From: Candidatus Dojkabacteria bacterium
Lineage (GTDB): Bacteria > Patescibacteriota > Dojkabacteria > J137
Assembly: GCA_041750555.1 (NCBI GenBank)
Contig: JBGSZB010000011.1
Span: 588-64,587, forward strand
Direction of reading: 5' to 3'
DNA: 64,000 nucleotides
In this document: positions 9,299-19,665 of the stretch, in pieces
Layout: every line of letters starts with the position of its first letter
Numbering within the stretch: position 1 is the stretch's first letter
Made by a program: the position numbers and the translations under genes
Notes under the pieces: generated by a model
The model's input: only the letters and a program-made list of their open reading frames with translations
The model's database searches: none
Told to the model about the DNA's origin: nothing

Positions 9299-11050
9299 AC
9301 CACCAAGTTTTAATATTGGGTTTAAATATCTTTTTAATATCTTTAACTCTTCAACTCTAAACAGCAAAGATAGTAAGTAGTAACTAAGAAGTGCTGTAAT
9401 TACACTAACAATAGTTAATATTAAAAGATTAAGCGTTGTAGATCCAAATACACCTCCATCTCCTGAAACTGGTAATGCATTGGCAATGCTATTCCATGTT
9501 TTATATAAAAAGTATAGTATTACAAACATAATAGCTCCACTGTAAAACTTAGGTAGGGTTGATTTAATTAGTTTTTTAAAGTTAAATTTATACTTTGTAT
9601 AGTGATAAATAATTAATAGTATAAAAAACTCTAGAGAATAAGTAATGCTCATAGCTAATGCTATTCCACCAATTGATGCTGAACTTGTTGGGTTAGGATT
9701 TCTATTTAGTAAATGTTCTAAACTTAACTGTATATCACTTATTGCTAAAGTATTGTTGTAACTAAATAGATTAGTAAATGCTATTGATAAAATTATTGTA
9801 AAGACTAATGATACAAGAGAAACAAGGAATGGATACATTGTGTCTTTTGCAGCGTAAAACACTCTGTAAATAAACCATCTACCACAAATAAATACATGAC
9901 CTAATGTAAACCATAATAATATCCATGCAGTTAAACTTGTATCATCAAAACCAAATCTTGTATTTGGAATTATACCAAATACTAATCTAACTATTGGCAC
10001 TCTTAAAACTATTAAAATAATTATAAAAGGTAGGGATAAAAACAATATCTCATTTAGTGTCTTAATTATTACATCTTCAGCCCTTTTGTTATCATTTTCT
10101 TCATATAACTCAGCTAATATTGTATAAGATGGAACTGAAAAGGTATAGCCAAATAGCGTTGGGATAACTAATGATAGGGAATTAGCATAAGTTAGAGCTG
10201 CAATATTTCCTGAAATTCCATAAGCTAGAAATTTATTAAATGTAAAAGCAATATGTTCACTAGCTATAGCAAATATTCTTGGTAATCCAGTTCTTAATAT
10301 CTCTAGAACATATTTATTTAATATTGCAATTACCGGTACATATCCAAGTTTTAATTTAATAACTAGGGGTATTTGTACAAATAGATGTAAGAATGATCCT
10401 ACAAATACTCCGACAACTATTGCCCATGGACTGTAATTCATTAATGGAACAAGTATAAATAACATAACTACTCTTCCAATGTTATAAAACAATGGTGCTA
10501 ATTGAGGAACTAAATATCTGTTATGAACATTTAAACCACTTGATATAAATACACTAAATCCTAATACTACTTGAGGAATTAATAGCACTCTCATCATTGA
10601 GATAATTATCTCGTAATCTGCAATATTAATTACTGTATCTGGTTCAAATAGATTTAAAAGAAATGGTAGAGTTGTATCTGCAGTAACCGCCAAAATTATT
10701 GCAACTATTGAAAATATTAATATAGATAAATTAATTATTGAACTATATACTTTTCTAAATTCAATATTACCCTCTCTCTTTTTAACTGTTATAAGTGTTG
10801 GTATAACAATTGAACCTAGAGTACCAATTAAAAATACATTTGTAAGTAATTCTGGTATAGAACTCGCAACAAGAAATTGATTCCAACCTAATTCTTTAGT
10901 ACCAAAATATGAAGCTGCTATTAAATTAAAAAATAATCCAGAAAGTTTAGTTAAAAGAGCAGGTAACATTAAAAGTAGTGCTGTTTCTAATATCTCTGTT
11001 TGTTCTCTACTAAGTAATCTTCCAACTTTTTTTATTCCTCTATTAAGCAT
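9284..11050 (-). CDS. murJ: Lipid II flippase MurJ (MviN family)
   Basis: 588 aa with about 14 TM segments. The N-terminal region ...LSREQTEILETALLLMLPALLTKLSGLFFNLIAASYFG is typical of MurJ. Confidence 0.7.
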   Translation of the reverse strand: MLNRGIKKVGRLLSREQTEILETALLLMLPALLTKLSGLFFNLIAASYFGTKELGWNQFLVASSIPELLTNVFLIGTLGSIVIPTLITVKKREGNIEFRKVYSSIINLSILIFSIVAIILAVTADTTLPFLLNLFEPDTVINIADYEIIISMMRVLLIPQVVLGFSVFISSGLNVHNRYLVPQLAPLFYNIGRVVMLFILVPLMNYSPWAIVVGVFVGSFLHLFVQIPLVIKLKLGYVPVIAILNKYVLEILRTGLPRIFAIASEHIAFTFNKFLAYGISGNIAALTYANSLSLVIPTLFGYTFSVPSYTILAELYEENDNKRAEDVIIKTLNEILFLSLPFIIILIVLRVPIVRLVFGIIPNTRFGFDDTSLTAWILLWFTLGHVFICGRWFIYRVFYAAKDTMYPFLVSLVSLVFTIILSIAFTNLFSYNNTLAISDIQLSLEHLLNRNPNPTSSASIGGIALAMSITYSLEFFILLIIYHYTKYKFNFKKLIKSTLPKFYSGAIMFVILYFLYKTWNSIANALPVSGDGGVFGSTTLNLLILTIVSVITALLSYYLLSLLFRVEELKILKRYLNPILKLGGLRIN

Positions 11051-11063
11051 ATTTATATTTTAA

Positions 11064-11639
11064 CTAGAAACTCCAAGTAAGTAACCCTATTAATAACCCA
11101 ACTATAGTTCCCATAAACAATTGTAAAAGAGTGTGTTGATGTAGTGTTCTTCTTGACCAATAAACTAGGGGTATTAATAACATTAAAAAAATTAAATATA
11201 TTGATACTTTATCAATTAAGTAAATTATACAAAATGATAAAACACTACTATGTACACTAATCTTATCTAAATATTTATTTATTAAATACATTGAACTTCC
11301 AAGTATAAATAATACAAGGGAGTTATTAAACCAATAAACTAAACCTAAATGTAGGAATAAAATAGTAGTTAAAAATGACGTAAATATCCCAAATAAATAT
11401 ACTAAATCTCTTCTAACTCTTGTTAAGTTATGAAATTTAAAAAAACTTTTTTTATCACGAGATATAAAGTATGTATAAATTACAAATGGTAATAAAACTA
11501 CAAGAATTAGTAGAAATAGTGCAGGACCAAAAAGAGTATCACTTCTAGTTAAATTACCAAATATTAAAGTGAGTGTTAAAACCAAGAATGGGTTTAACAG
11601 CACACTAATAATACTTGCTATAAAGATTTTAAGTTTCAT
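11064..11639 (-). CDS. Polytopic membrane protein, possibly a divergent PAP2-family phosphatase
   Basis: 191 aa with five to six TM helices. SRRTLHQH resembles PAP2 motif 3 (SRx5H) and SVHSS resembles motif 2, but the catalytic Asp is not evident, so this is a weak call. Confidence 0.3.
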   Translation of the reverse strand: MKLKIFIASIISVLLNPFLVLTLTLIFGNLTRSDTLFGPALFLLILVVLLPFVIYTYFISRDKKSFFKFHNLTRVRRDLVYLFGIFTSFLTTILFLHLGLVYWFNNSLVLFILGSSMYLINKYLDKISVHSSVLSFCIIYLIDKVSIYLIFLMLLIPLVYWSRRTLHQHTLLQLFMGTIVGLLIGLLTWSF

Positions 11640-11685
11640 TTAATGATTTAGTCTTAAACCATTTAAACAGATAGAGAGAATATTA

Positions 11686-13962
11686 TCAATATCTTCTATC
11701 ATTACCCCTATTACCACCTCTACTATCTCTATTAAATCCTCTATCTCTGTCATTAAATCTTGGTTTGTTATAGTCATTAGTTGAGATAGGTGCATTAGAT
11801 ATCTTTGATGTTAAAGCTTCATCTTGTTCAACACCTTTAATAGTAAAGTTAATTCTTCCATCTTCCATTTTTAATACCTTTACTCTAATTTCATCTCCTA
11901 GATTAAATACTTTCTCAAGATCATAGTTACCCATTTTTTCAAAGATTTCTGAGTTGTGTAACAATCCTGAAATATTTGGTGTTACATCAACAAATACTCC
12001 ATAAGGCATTATTTTATCAACTCTTCCAATGTATTCTTCTCCAACTTCTGCTTCTCCAACCATTCCATCAATTAATCCTACTACAAATTCTAATTGTGAT
12101 TTATTTAGAGCAGTTACCATAACTCTACCTGTATCATCAATTTTTACATCTGCAGGACTTGAGGCATATTTATGAGACTTTTCAACTATCTCTTTAATGT
12201 TTTTACCACCTGGTCCTATAAGCATTCCAATGTTTTCTGTATCTATTTGTAATTTTTTAACAACAGGTGCAGTATCAGAAACTTCTTTTCTAGGAGTATC
12301 TATTGCTTTACTCATAACTTCTAATACTTCACTTCTTCCAGTCTTTGATAATCTAAAAGCTTCTTTCAAAACATCTATCTTTACACCTCTTAATTTGTTT
12401 TCGTATTGAATAGCAGTTATTCCATTCTTAGTTCCACAAACTTTAAAGTCCATATCACCATAAAAGTCTTCTATTCCTTCAATATCTAAAATTAATTTGT
12501 AATTATCTTCGTTATTATCTTCTGTAATTAATCCAACACCTATTCCACCAACTGCTTCTTTCATTGGAACTCCTGCAGCCATTAATGCCATACTAGCGGC
12601 ACTTGTTGCAGCCATTGAAGTTGATCCATTTGATGTTGTAATCTCTGATACCACTCTAATTGTATATGGAAACTCTTCAAGACTAGGAAGCATATGTTTT
12701 AATGCATTTTCTCCAATTGCTCCATGTCCAACCTCTCTTCTTCCAGGTTTATAGTTGTATCTTCCTGCTTCACCAGATGCGAATGGAGGCATATTGTAGT
12801 GATGAAAGAAGTTCTTTGTTCGTTCTCCCAACATATCATCTAAAGTTTGTTCTTTACCAATTGAACCTAATGTTACTATTGATAATGATTGTGTTAAACC
12901 TCTTTCAAACAATGCTGATCCATGAACTATAGGTAATAGATCTATCTCTGCATTTAATTCTCTAATTTGATTTAAATCTCTTTTAGTTACTCTTTTACCA
13001 TCTTTTAAGATTCCTTCTCTTAAAACTTTTTTAGCTACATATTCAACAGCCATATCTATATCAAATTCTGAAACTACACTTTCTTCTTTATTTAGTTCAG
13101 GATTTAATTTCTCCCATAGGGCTTTTTTTATAACTTTAAGATTCTCTTGTCTATTAGTATCCTTATCTTTTTCTACGTATAGTGCTTTTTTAATATCTTC
13201 TTTAGTTTCACTCTTAATTCTCTCTAATATTTCAACACTTACTGGTAGATCTGCTTCTTTTTCAATTACGTTATTTAATTTTGCCCCAACATGTTTTACA
13301 AAGTCTAATTGAATAGCATTCATTTCTCTAATAGATTTATCAGCTTCATCTAATATTTTATCCATATCATCTTCTACAACTTCCTTCCCCCATCCTTCTA
13401 AGTTTAGTAATCTACCATCTAAACCAGATATTGCAAATTCACAAAGATAGTTATGACTATCTGCAACTTTCGGATTAATTACTACTTTTCCATCTTTATC
13501 TAAACTTGCAATTACTCCTGAACTTGGTCCATAGAATGGTAGTCCTGAAAGTAATAATGAAAGGCTAGCTCCCATTACTGATAATATTTCAGGATTATTT
13601 ACTTGATCGTAAGTTAATACAGTTATCATGACCATTACAGGCTTTCTAAAACTTTTTGGAAAAAGGGATCTAATACTATGATCTACTTGTCTAGCTTTGA
13701 TTATTGCTTCTTCTGAAGGATATCCTTCTCTTTTCTCTATTCTTCCGCCAGAAATTGCACCTCTAGCATACATTTTTTCAATGTATTCTACAGATAATGG
13801 GAAGAAATCTTGTTGTGTTTCTACATTATCTATTGATGTTGTTGCTAATACTGTTGTATTACCTAGTTGTAGCATTACAGAACCAGATGCTAAATTAGCT
13901 AATTTACCTGTGGAGATTTTTAATTCAGTTTCCCCTAACTTATATGTTTTTACATACTCCAT
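11686..13962 (-). CDS. pnp: Polyribonucleotide nucleotidyltransferase (PNPase) with an Arg/Gly-rich C-terminal tail
   Basis: 758 aa with two RNase PH domains, a KH region (IGMLIGPGGKNIKEI) and an S1 domain. The C-terminus is ...RFNDRDRGFNRDSRGGNRGNDRRY. Confidence 0.9.
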   Translation of the reverse strand: MEYVKTYKLGETELKISTGKLANLASGSVMLQLGNTTVLATTSIDNVETQQDFFPLSVEYIEKMYARGAISGGRIEKREGYPSEEAIIKARQVDHSIRSLFPKSFRKPVMVMITVLTYDQVNNPEILSVMGASLSLLLSGLPFYGPSSGVIASLDKDGKVVINPKVADSHNYLCEFAISGLDGRLLNLEGWGKEVVEDDMDKILDEADKSIREMNAIQLDFVKHVGAKLNNVIEKEADLPVSVEILERIKSETKEDIKKALYVEKDKDTNRQENLKVIKKALWEKLNPELNKEESVVSEFDIDMAVEYVAKKVLREGILKDGKRVTKRDLNQIRELNAEIDLLPIVHGSALFERGLTQSLSIVTLGSIGKEQTLDDMLGERTKNFFHHYNMPPFASGEAGRYNYKPGRREVGHGAIGENALKHMLPSLEEFPYTIRVVSEITTSNGSTSMAATSAASMALMAAGVPMKEAVGGIGVGLITEDNNEDNYKLILDIEGIEDFYGDMDFKVCGTKNGITAIQYENKLRGVKIDVLKEAFRLSKTGRSEVLEVMSKAIDTPRKEVSDTAPVVKKLQIDTENIGMLIGPGGKNIKEIVEKSHKYASSPADVKIDDTGRVMVTALNKSQLEFVVGLIDGMVGEAEVGEEYIGRVDKIMPYGVFVDVTPNISGLLHNSEIFEKMGNYDLEKVFNLGDEIRVKVLKMEDGRINFTIKGVEQDEALTSKISNAPISTNDYNKPRFNDRDRGFNRDSRGGNRGNDRRY

Positions 13963-14104
13963 ATATATGTGTATAAAAAATTAAAATTTATTAAGGATTA
14001 ATTTGAGAGAAGCAAGAATTTAACATTACTGTAATATCAAATTTTTGCATCACTCTAAAACTTTTCCTCAATTAAGTGATTATATTATATTAATATCTTT
14101 TAAT

Positions 14105-15646
14105 CTACTTTTTCTTGGTTAATCTATTCTCTACCTTGTTTTCAAAGTTTTTTAAGGATCTATGTTTTTTATCTCTTTTCTTTTCTTTTCTTTTAAGATC
14201 TCTATCAATAGAGACATATTCTCCAAATAGTTTTAATGATTTTTGTGTTAAATCATATTTATAGAAGAGTATTCCAAGTATTATCGCTATAAAGCCTAAT
14301 GCTATTCTGTTATCTCTATCGTTATCAAATAATGCAGTTTCTGGTAATTCTCCAGGACATACTCCACCTAGTGCATCTTCACATTCACCTGCAGTTACTG
14401 TTGATCCTGCTGGACAACTATCATCTGTTGTTACAAATGATTCACATGTATTACCATCACTTAAACTGGTTGTACATCTATAGCATGTTAAGTTTTGTGA
14501 TGTTGTTACAGGACATGCTCCACCAACACTTTCTTCACAAGCTGATTGAGTTGTACTTCCTGCTGGACATACACTTCCATTTACACTAAATGATTCACAT
14601 TGATCATTATCACTTAATGTATCAGTACATTTATAACAGGTTGTAGTTACACTTTGTACAGGACACGCCCCACCAACAGCTTGAGAACATACTGAATTAG
14701 TTGTATATCCACTAGGACAACTACTTCCATTAATAGTAATACTTTCACAAGTGTTTACATCATCAACTCTATCAGTACATTTATAACAGGTTACTGTATC
14801 TGTAGGTGTTGTTGGAGGGTTACTTGTATCTTGACAATTATTATTATTAGCAGGGTCTCCAATATGACTACAATAGTTTGTACCAGCTCTAGCATCTGCA
14901 TCACTTGGATAGAAATCAACTTGGGCACATCCATTAGGTAAAACACAACCACTACCACTTGAGAAAGTTACACTTGCTCCTTCATCTGCTAGGGTACATT
15001 GATCATCTCCATTTGAATCAAAACTACATTTATATATTGCACAGTAATTACAAGTGGTAGTTGCACCTCCACAAGTTACTCCATTTGCAACATTTGCTCC
15101 ACTTCCTGCGCTACATACAGGATTAGTTGGGCATGTACAACCATCAACATCACTACATGTTGATGTACAACTACTTAATGATGTTCTTGAACCGTCACCT
15201 GTTGTTCCTGATGGACATGATGTATCATATTTACAACCCTTTGAAGTATTATCTCCCGTAGCTGTATTACATCTATACTCCATTCTTTGACCAGTTGGAC
15301 ACCCTTCTCCGCAAGCACCTGAAAAGTCAACACCTTGAGGGCACTTAGTTGTCTGAGTTTCAGTAGGACATTCAGAAGTATTGTACTCGGCACAATTAAC
15401 CACACTACCTCCAGTTACAGCAACACACTTACATACATAGCCTGTTCTATAGCTACCCCCATTTATTGGATGACTTGTATATTGACACTTTCTTCCATAT
15501 GATGCTGGATCACAAGTCTCTGCACTACTATCATCTGGAGCTTGATCTTGAGTTAGTCTTACAGCTATAAATACAGCTACACCACTAAGTATTAATAATA
15601 CTATTACTAATATAATTGAAATTAATCTTTTTCTATTAGGGTTCAT
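14105..15646 (-). CDS. Cysteine-rich cell-surface protein with three ~45-aa Cys repeats and a C-terminal LPETA sorting signal (putative sortase substrate)
   Basis: 513 aa. N-terminal signal/anchor, then a Cys/Thr/Gly/Ser-rich ectodomain with three tandem repeats TCYKCTD..D.C(E)S...NGS.CP.G.TT.S.C....GGACPV. The C-terminus is LPETA, about 10 residues, a hydrophobic helix and a long K/R-rich tail. Confidence 0.6.
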   Translation of the reverse strand: MNPNRKRLISIILVIVLLILSGVAVFIAVRLTQDQAPDDSSAETCDPASYGRKCQYTSHPINGGSYRTGYVCKCVAVTGGSVVNCAEYNTSECPTETQTTKCPQGVDFSGACGEGCPTGQRMEYRCNTATGDNTSKGCKYDTSCPSGTTGDGSRTSLSSCTSTCSDVDGCTCPTNPVCSAGSGANVANGVTCGGATTTCNYCAIYKCSFDSNGDDQCTLADEGASVTFSSGSGCVLPNGCAQVDFYPSDADARAGTNYCSHIGDPANNNNCQDTSNPPTTPTDTVTCYKCTDRVDDVNTCESITINGSSCPSGYTTNSVCSQAVGGACPVQSVTTTCYKCTDTLSDNDQCESFSVNGSVCPAGSTTQSACEESVGGACPVTTSQNLTCYRCTTSLSDGNTCESFVTTDDSCPAGSTVTAGECEDALGGVCPGELPETALFDNDRDNRIALGFIAIILGILFYKYDLTQKSLKLFGEYVSIDRDLKRKEKKRDKKHRSLKNFENKVENRLTKKK

Positions 15647-17001
15647 TTCCTTTTAAATATATCTACTCTGAAGTATAAAGATAATCCTAAGAATATCAAG
15701 AGTATCCCTACAATAATTGCATCTACTCTATCATTAATAATTGCAGTACCAGGTAGTGAGCCACAATCTGCAGGACATGTAATATTAGATTCACTACTAC
15801 CACATATTCCATCTCCACAAACAACAGATGTACCACTTCCAACAACAGTATTTTGACCACAAGCATCTAATAACAAATTAACATTAGTTACTCTACTTCC
15901 AGTACTAGTAGTTAAAAACACAGTATCAATATCTCCACATTGAGATAGTGTATATCCTCCTTGAGGAGCTAATGGTAAACATCTTTGATTAGTAGTATAT
16001 GCTTGTGATAAACAAGACTCTGCACTTACATTATTTGTATTAGGTAGTAAGAAACCACATGTAGAACCAGTTTGACATAATCCAACTTCATCACTACAAG
16101 GAGCTCCACAAGCATTTAAACTTCCACAAGCACAATTAGCTCCTGGAACTGTTTTACCACTAGGACATGCTGCATTTTCACACATACCATTCCTACAGGT
16201 AACTTCAATCCCTGCTGTAGCTGCTGGTTTACAATCTGCAACTGTAGTACATTTACCACCACATACAGATCTAGAATCTACTGTTGTACCACCTCCAGTA
16301 CTACCTTGTATAGCACAACATAAATCTCCACTACTTGAACAACTTCCACTTCCAGTAACTCTACCTACTGATCCACAATTGTTAACGGTTACCCCATTAT
16401 ATGTAGACCCAGGTGTAAAACATGCCCCACTACATGAACCACCTCCACTCGTTGATGTTCCACCACAAGTTACTCCATTATTAATATTTCCACTTGTATT
16501 ACAACCACTAGGACATGTACATCCATCACTATCATTACATGTTGCTGTACAACTAGTTAATGTTGTTCTACCTGATGTACCACCTCCTGTATTAGTAGGA
16601 ACACAACAGACCTTCACCGAACCTTCCTCACAATCTGTACCAGTTAAAGAAGTTTCATTTGTATTACATGCTGATTTACACGATCCACTAAATCCACCGC
16701 AATTCGTAAGAGTACCCTGACACGAGCAAATATAATTTGAGCCTGAAAGACCACCCTTGCAAATTCCTAAGGCACCACTATCTGTAGTACATGTACCACT
16801 TCCAGGAATTTTTCCACCACAACCATTAAATGAAAGTGTAGTTGAACATATTTCAAAACCGGCTCCAGGCTCTTCATCTGCACTACTATCCGTTGGAGAT
16901 TGTTGTAAAGTAACCTGATATGCTACATAAATAGCTATACCACCTAAGATAAGGGTTGCAAATACTAAAATACCTACAATTACATTTCTTCTATTCTTCA
17001 T
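15643..17001 (-). CDS. Cysteine/glycine/threonine-rich cell-surface protein, paralog of the downstream gene, C-terminal LPGTA sorting signal
   Basis: 452 aa. Its N-terminal anchor is homologous to that of the neighbouring protein (…VTLQQSPTDSSADE vs …LTQDQAPDDSSAE). It is extremely Cys/Gly/Thr/Ser rich. C-terminus is ...SLPGTAIINDRVDAIIVGILLIFLGLSLYFRVDIFKRK. Overlaps the downstream paralog by 4 bp. Confidence 0.6.
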   Translation of the reverse strand: MKNRRNVIVGILVFATLILGGIAIYVAYQVTLQQSPTDSSADEEPGAGFEICSTTLSFNGCGGKIPGSGTCTTDSGALGICKGGLSGSNYICSCQGTLTNCGGFSGSCKSACNTNETSLTGTDCEEGSVKVCCVPTNTGGGTSGRTTLTSCTATCNDSDGCTCPSGCNTSGNINNGVTCGGTSTSGGGSCSGACFTPGSTYNGVTVNNCGSVGRVTGSGSCSSSGDLCCAIQGSTGGGTTVDSRSVCGGKCTTVADCKPAATAGIEVTCRNGMCENAACPSGKTVPGANCACGSLNACGAPCSDEVGLCQTGSTCGFLLPNTNNVSAESCLSQAYTTNQRCLPLAPQGGYTLSQCGDIDTVFLTTSTGSRVTNVNLLLDACGQNTVVGSGTSVVCGDGICGSSESNITCPADCGSLPGTAIINDRVDAIIVGILLIFLGLSLYFRVDIFKRK

Positions 17002-17036
17002 AAGTAAATATATTATTATCTATTTAAAAAGAAATA

Positions 17037-18515
17037 TCAATTTCTTTTATCTAAATATTCTTTTGATAACTTTAATAGCTCTTCCTTTTTATTTAACATT
17101 GGTTCATCAGTTACCTTATCTAGTAAATACTTTAAAATATCTGAAATAACTGGGCCTGGAGTTAAATTAAAATTACTAATTAAATCATTACCTGAAATAT
17201 CTAAATCAGTAACCTTTATAGCCATGTCACTGGCTCTAACTTCAGAAATTCTTTGAGATAGAGCATCTAACTCTTTAGGATTAAATTCACTTTTAGGATT
17301 AGATGCAGCATCAGCAATTCTTAACTTCATTAAATCATCAATAGCATCTTCACCACCAACATTTTGAATTAAACGTCTAATAGCACTATCACTCCATCCT
17401 AATTTATTTCTTTCATCATTAAATTTTTCATACTCAATATTATTGTTATTCAATACCCTCCAATCACTTGATGGATAATAGAACATATGCCATCTAACTA
17501 ACCTTACTGTATTTTCAATCTCGATATTAGAGAACTTTAAACGTTTCATAATATTACGAGTCATTTCAGCACCCATAACATCATGACCATAAAAATGTAC
17601 TCCCTTAGAGTCAATAGTCATAGTTTTAGGTTTAGCAATATCATGAAAGAGAGCCGCTAATTTAATATCATCCTCAGCACAATCTACAGTTTTAATACTA
17701 TGCTCAAAAACATCATCAACATGGAAATTGGGTTGAGTAATACCAACTCCATCTAATAGTTCAGGAATAAATATTTGAAGTATCCCACTATCTTTAAGTA
17801 ATCTTAAACCAAGAGAGGGCTGTGGAGATTTAAGTAATATTTTCATTAATTCTTCTCTAAATCTCTCAATAGAAACTAACTTTGTAACATGTAGAGTTTC
17901 TTTAATAGCATCAAAAGTTGCTTTTTCAATATTAAAATCTAATTGAGAAGCTAATCTACAAGCTCTTACACTTCTTAAACCATCTTCACTAAATCTCTCT
18001 AATGGATCTCTAACAGCTCTAATAACCTTGTTATTTAAATCTCCTAAACCATTAAAATGATCAATAACAATTTCTTCAACTGCAACATTATCTTCATCAA
18101 ATCTTTGTAAATCTAGTGCTAATGCATTTATTGTAAAGTCACGTCTTTTTAAATCATCTTCAATATCTCTACTAAATTCAACTTTTGATGGCCACCTCCC
18201 TGAAATATAGTCAGCTTCAGATCTAAATGTTGTAACTTGTACTTCAAATCTTTCTCCTAAATCATCACTTGCTACTACTGTTACAGTTCCAAATTTAGCA
18301 CCTGTTGGTATTGATTTAACAAATATATCCATAATTTCTTCTGGATATGCATTAGTTGCAATATCAAAATCACTAGGTAACTTACCTAAGAATATATCTC
18401 TAATACTTCCACCAACTAAGTATGCACTAAAGCCTCCCTTTTGTAATTGTTCAGCAACATTAATTACATATTTAGGGATATATTTTAAAAATTCTCCTTT
18501 TTCTAATTTAATCAT
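17037..18515 (-). CDS. cca: CCA-adding tRNA nucleotidyltransferase with HD domain
   Basis: Pol-beta-type NT motif GGSIRDIFLGKLPSDFDIAT, and an HD motif (FHDIAKP) in the C-terminal half. 492 aa. Confidence 0.8.
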   Translation of the reverse strand: MIKLEKGEFLKYIPKYVINVAEQLQKGGFSAYLVGGSIRDIFLGKLPSDFDIATNAYPEEIMDIFVKSIPTGAKFGTVTVVASDDLGERFEVQVTTFRSEADYISGRWPSKVEFSRDIEDDLKRRDFTINALALDLQRFDEDNVAVEEIVIDHFNGLGDLNNKVIRAVRDPLERFSEDGLRSVRACRLASQLDFNIEKATFDAIKETLHVTKLVSIERFREELMKILLKSPQPSLGLRLLKDSGILQIFIPELLDGVGITQPNFHVDDVFEHSIKTVDCAEDDIKLAALFHDIAKPKTMTIDSKGVHFYGHDVMGAEMTRNIMKRLKFSNIEIENTVRLVRWHMFYYPSSDWRVLNNNNIEYEKFNDERNKLGWSDSAIRRLIQNVGGEDAIDDLMKLRIADAASNPKSEFNPKELDALSQRISEVRASDMAIKVTDLDISGNDLISNFNLTPGPVISDILKYLLDKVTDEPMLNKKEELLKLSKEYLDKRN

Positions 18516-18557
18516 AAGGATATTTTAGTATATCTCTGTATATATTGGAAATTGAAT

Positions 18558-19085
18558 TTAAGAAGCCATTGCTTCTACTTCATCTGAGGTGTACAAATCT
18601 AGAGGGTTTGGAATATATTTTAAAAAGAGTATTCCATCTAAATGATCTACTTCGTGTTGAATAATGTGTGATAAGAAGCCATTAGCTTTAATATTTTGTT
18701 TCTTACCATTTAAATCTATGTATTCTACCTCTATTTCATTTGATCTCTCTACTTCTCCAAATAGTTCACCATAGTTAATGCTTAAACATCCTTCCCATTT
18801 AGTAGACATTTCTCTACTTTTACTTAATATTTTAGGATTAATCATTATCTCCCATATTGGGTCTAATGAATTACTTTCTTCTTCTAAGTCAAATCTTCTA
18901 CATATTGCAATTCTTAAAAGTTTTCCAACTTGAGGAGCAGATAGACCTGCAGAGTGTTCTTTTTCTTTATCTAATACTTTTAACATCTCTTCTATTAAAG
19001 TATGTATCTTTTTATCTTTAACATCTTTAACCTTTAAAGATTTTTTTTCTAATGTTGGACTCCCGTATTGTAATATCTTTAACAT
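18558..19085 (-). CDS. def: Peptide deformylase
   Basis: Motifs GLSAPQVG, EGCLS and HEVDHLDG, the three canonical PDF motifs. Confidence 0.85.
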   Translation of the reverse strand: MLKILQYGSPTLEKKSLKVKDVKDKKIHTLIEEMLKVLDKEKEHSAGLSAPQVGKLLRIAICRRFDLEEESNSLDPIWEIMINPKILSKSREMSTKWEGCLSINYGELFGEVERSNEIEVEYIDLNGKKQNIKANGFLSHIIQHEVDHLDGILFLKYIPNPLDLYTSDEVEAMAS

Positions 19086-19138
19086 ACAAATATTTAATCT
19101 ATATGGATTATATCAAAAAGAAGTAAATACGGTGTAAA

Positions 19139-19489
19139 TTACATCCTAGTTAATAGGACAACAATTACAAAAATTGCTATTGAACTTAATATACAAATTA
19201 CAAGAGATATTGGAAGTGCAGCAATTCCTAGAAAAGAGGTAATTAATATTTTTAAAGTTTTTTTATTCCTCTCAATTTTACTTTTATATTCATCTTCATT
19301 TAACCAATACTTATTCCCTTCACTTTTAATAAATGGAGTATCTTTTATCTTACTATACGTAAATTTTAATATATCACTATTAAATTCAGTAGCAGTTTCC
19401 CTACTTAGTGCACCCTTTTCTCTTAGGTAACTAATTATCATTTCAGTATTTTGTTTATCTACTATCTGTTGAGCTTCAACGTATGACAT
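19139..19489 (-). CDS. Small tail-anchored membrane protein; paralog of the 19666..20004 ORF
   Basis: 116 aa with a C-terminal TM helix. Shares an ...NKYW(L/V)N.DE(Y/F)... block and overall architecture with the 19666..20004 ORF. Confidence 0.4.
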   Translation of the reverse strand: MSYVEAQQIVDKQNTEMIISYLREKGALSRETATEFNSDILKFTYSKIKDTPFIKSEGNKYWLNEDEYKSKIERNKKTLKILITSFLGIAALPISLVICILSSIAIFVIVVLLTRM

Positions 19490-19535
19490 ATCTATATATT
19501 TTAACTAATGGATTATATCAAAAAGGAGAGTTATT

Positions 19536-19618
19536 TACTGCGGGAGGGAGTCGAACCCTCACGACCTTAAGGCCAACGGATTTTAAGTCCGTCGTGTATA
19601 CCATTCCACCACCGCAGC
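19536..19618 (-). tRNA. tRNA-Leu (anticodon TAA), class II with long variable arm; CCA not encoded
   Basis: Reverse-complement reads GCTGCGGTGGTGGAATGGTATACACGACGGACTTAAAATCCGTTGGCCTTAAGGTCGTGAGGGTTCGACTCCCTCCCGCAGTA. The 7-bp acceptor stem has a G1-U72 pair, the anticodon loop is CTTAAAA and the discriminator is A73. Confidence 0.85.
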
Positions 19619-19665
19619 AACGTTTATGAATTATACTTAAAAGTAGTTAATTAGAAAAGAGCAAA

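Noticed and set aside
14105-17001. Type IV or sortase-dependent pilin subunits as the identity of the Cys-rich LPxTA proteins.
   Set aside because: They lack the pilin motif (YPKN) and E-box, and also lack class III signal peptides. Their composition is dominated by Cys repeats rather than Ig-like pilin domains.
19536-19618. Possible tmRNA, based on a GGTTCGACTCC-like T-arm.
   Set aside because: The element folds as a complete class II tRNA-Leu(TAA) with a normal anticodon arm. There is no tag-peptide reading frame or tmRNA pseudoknots.
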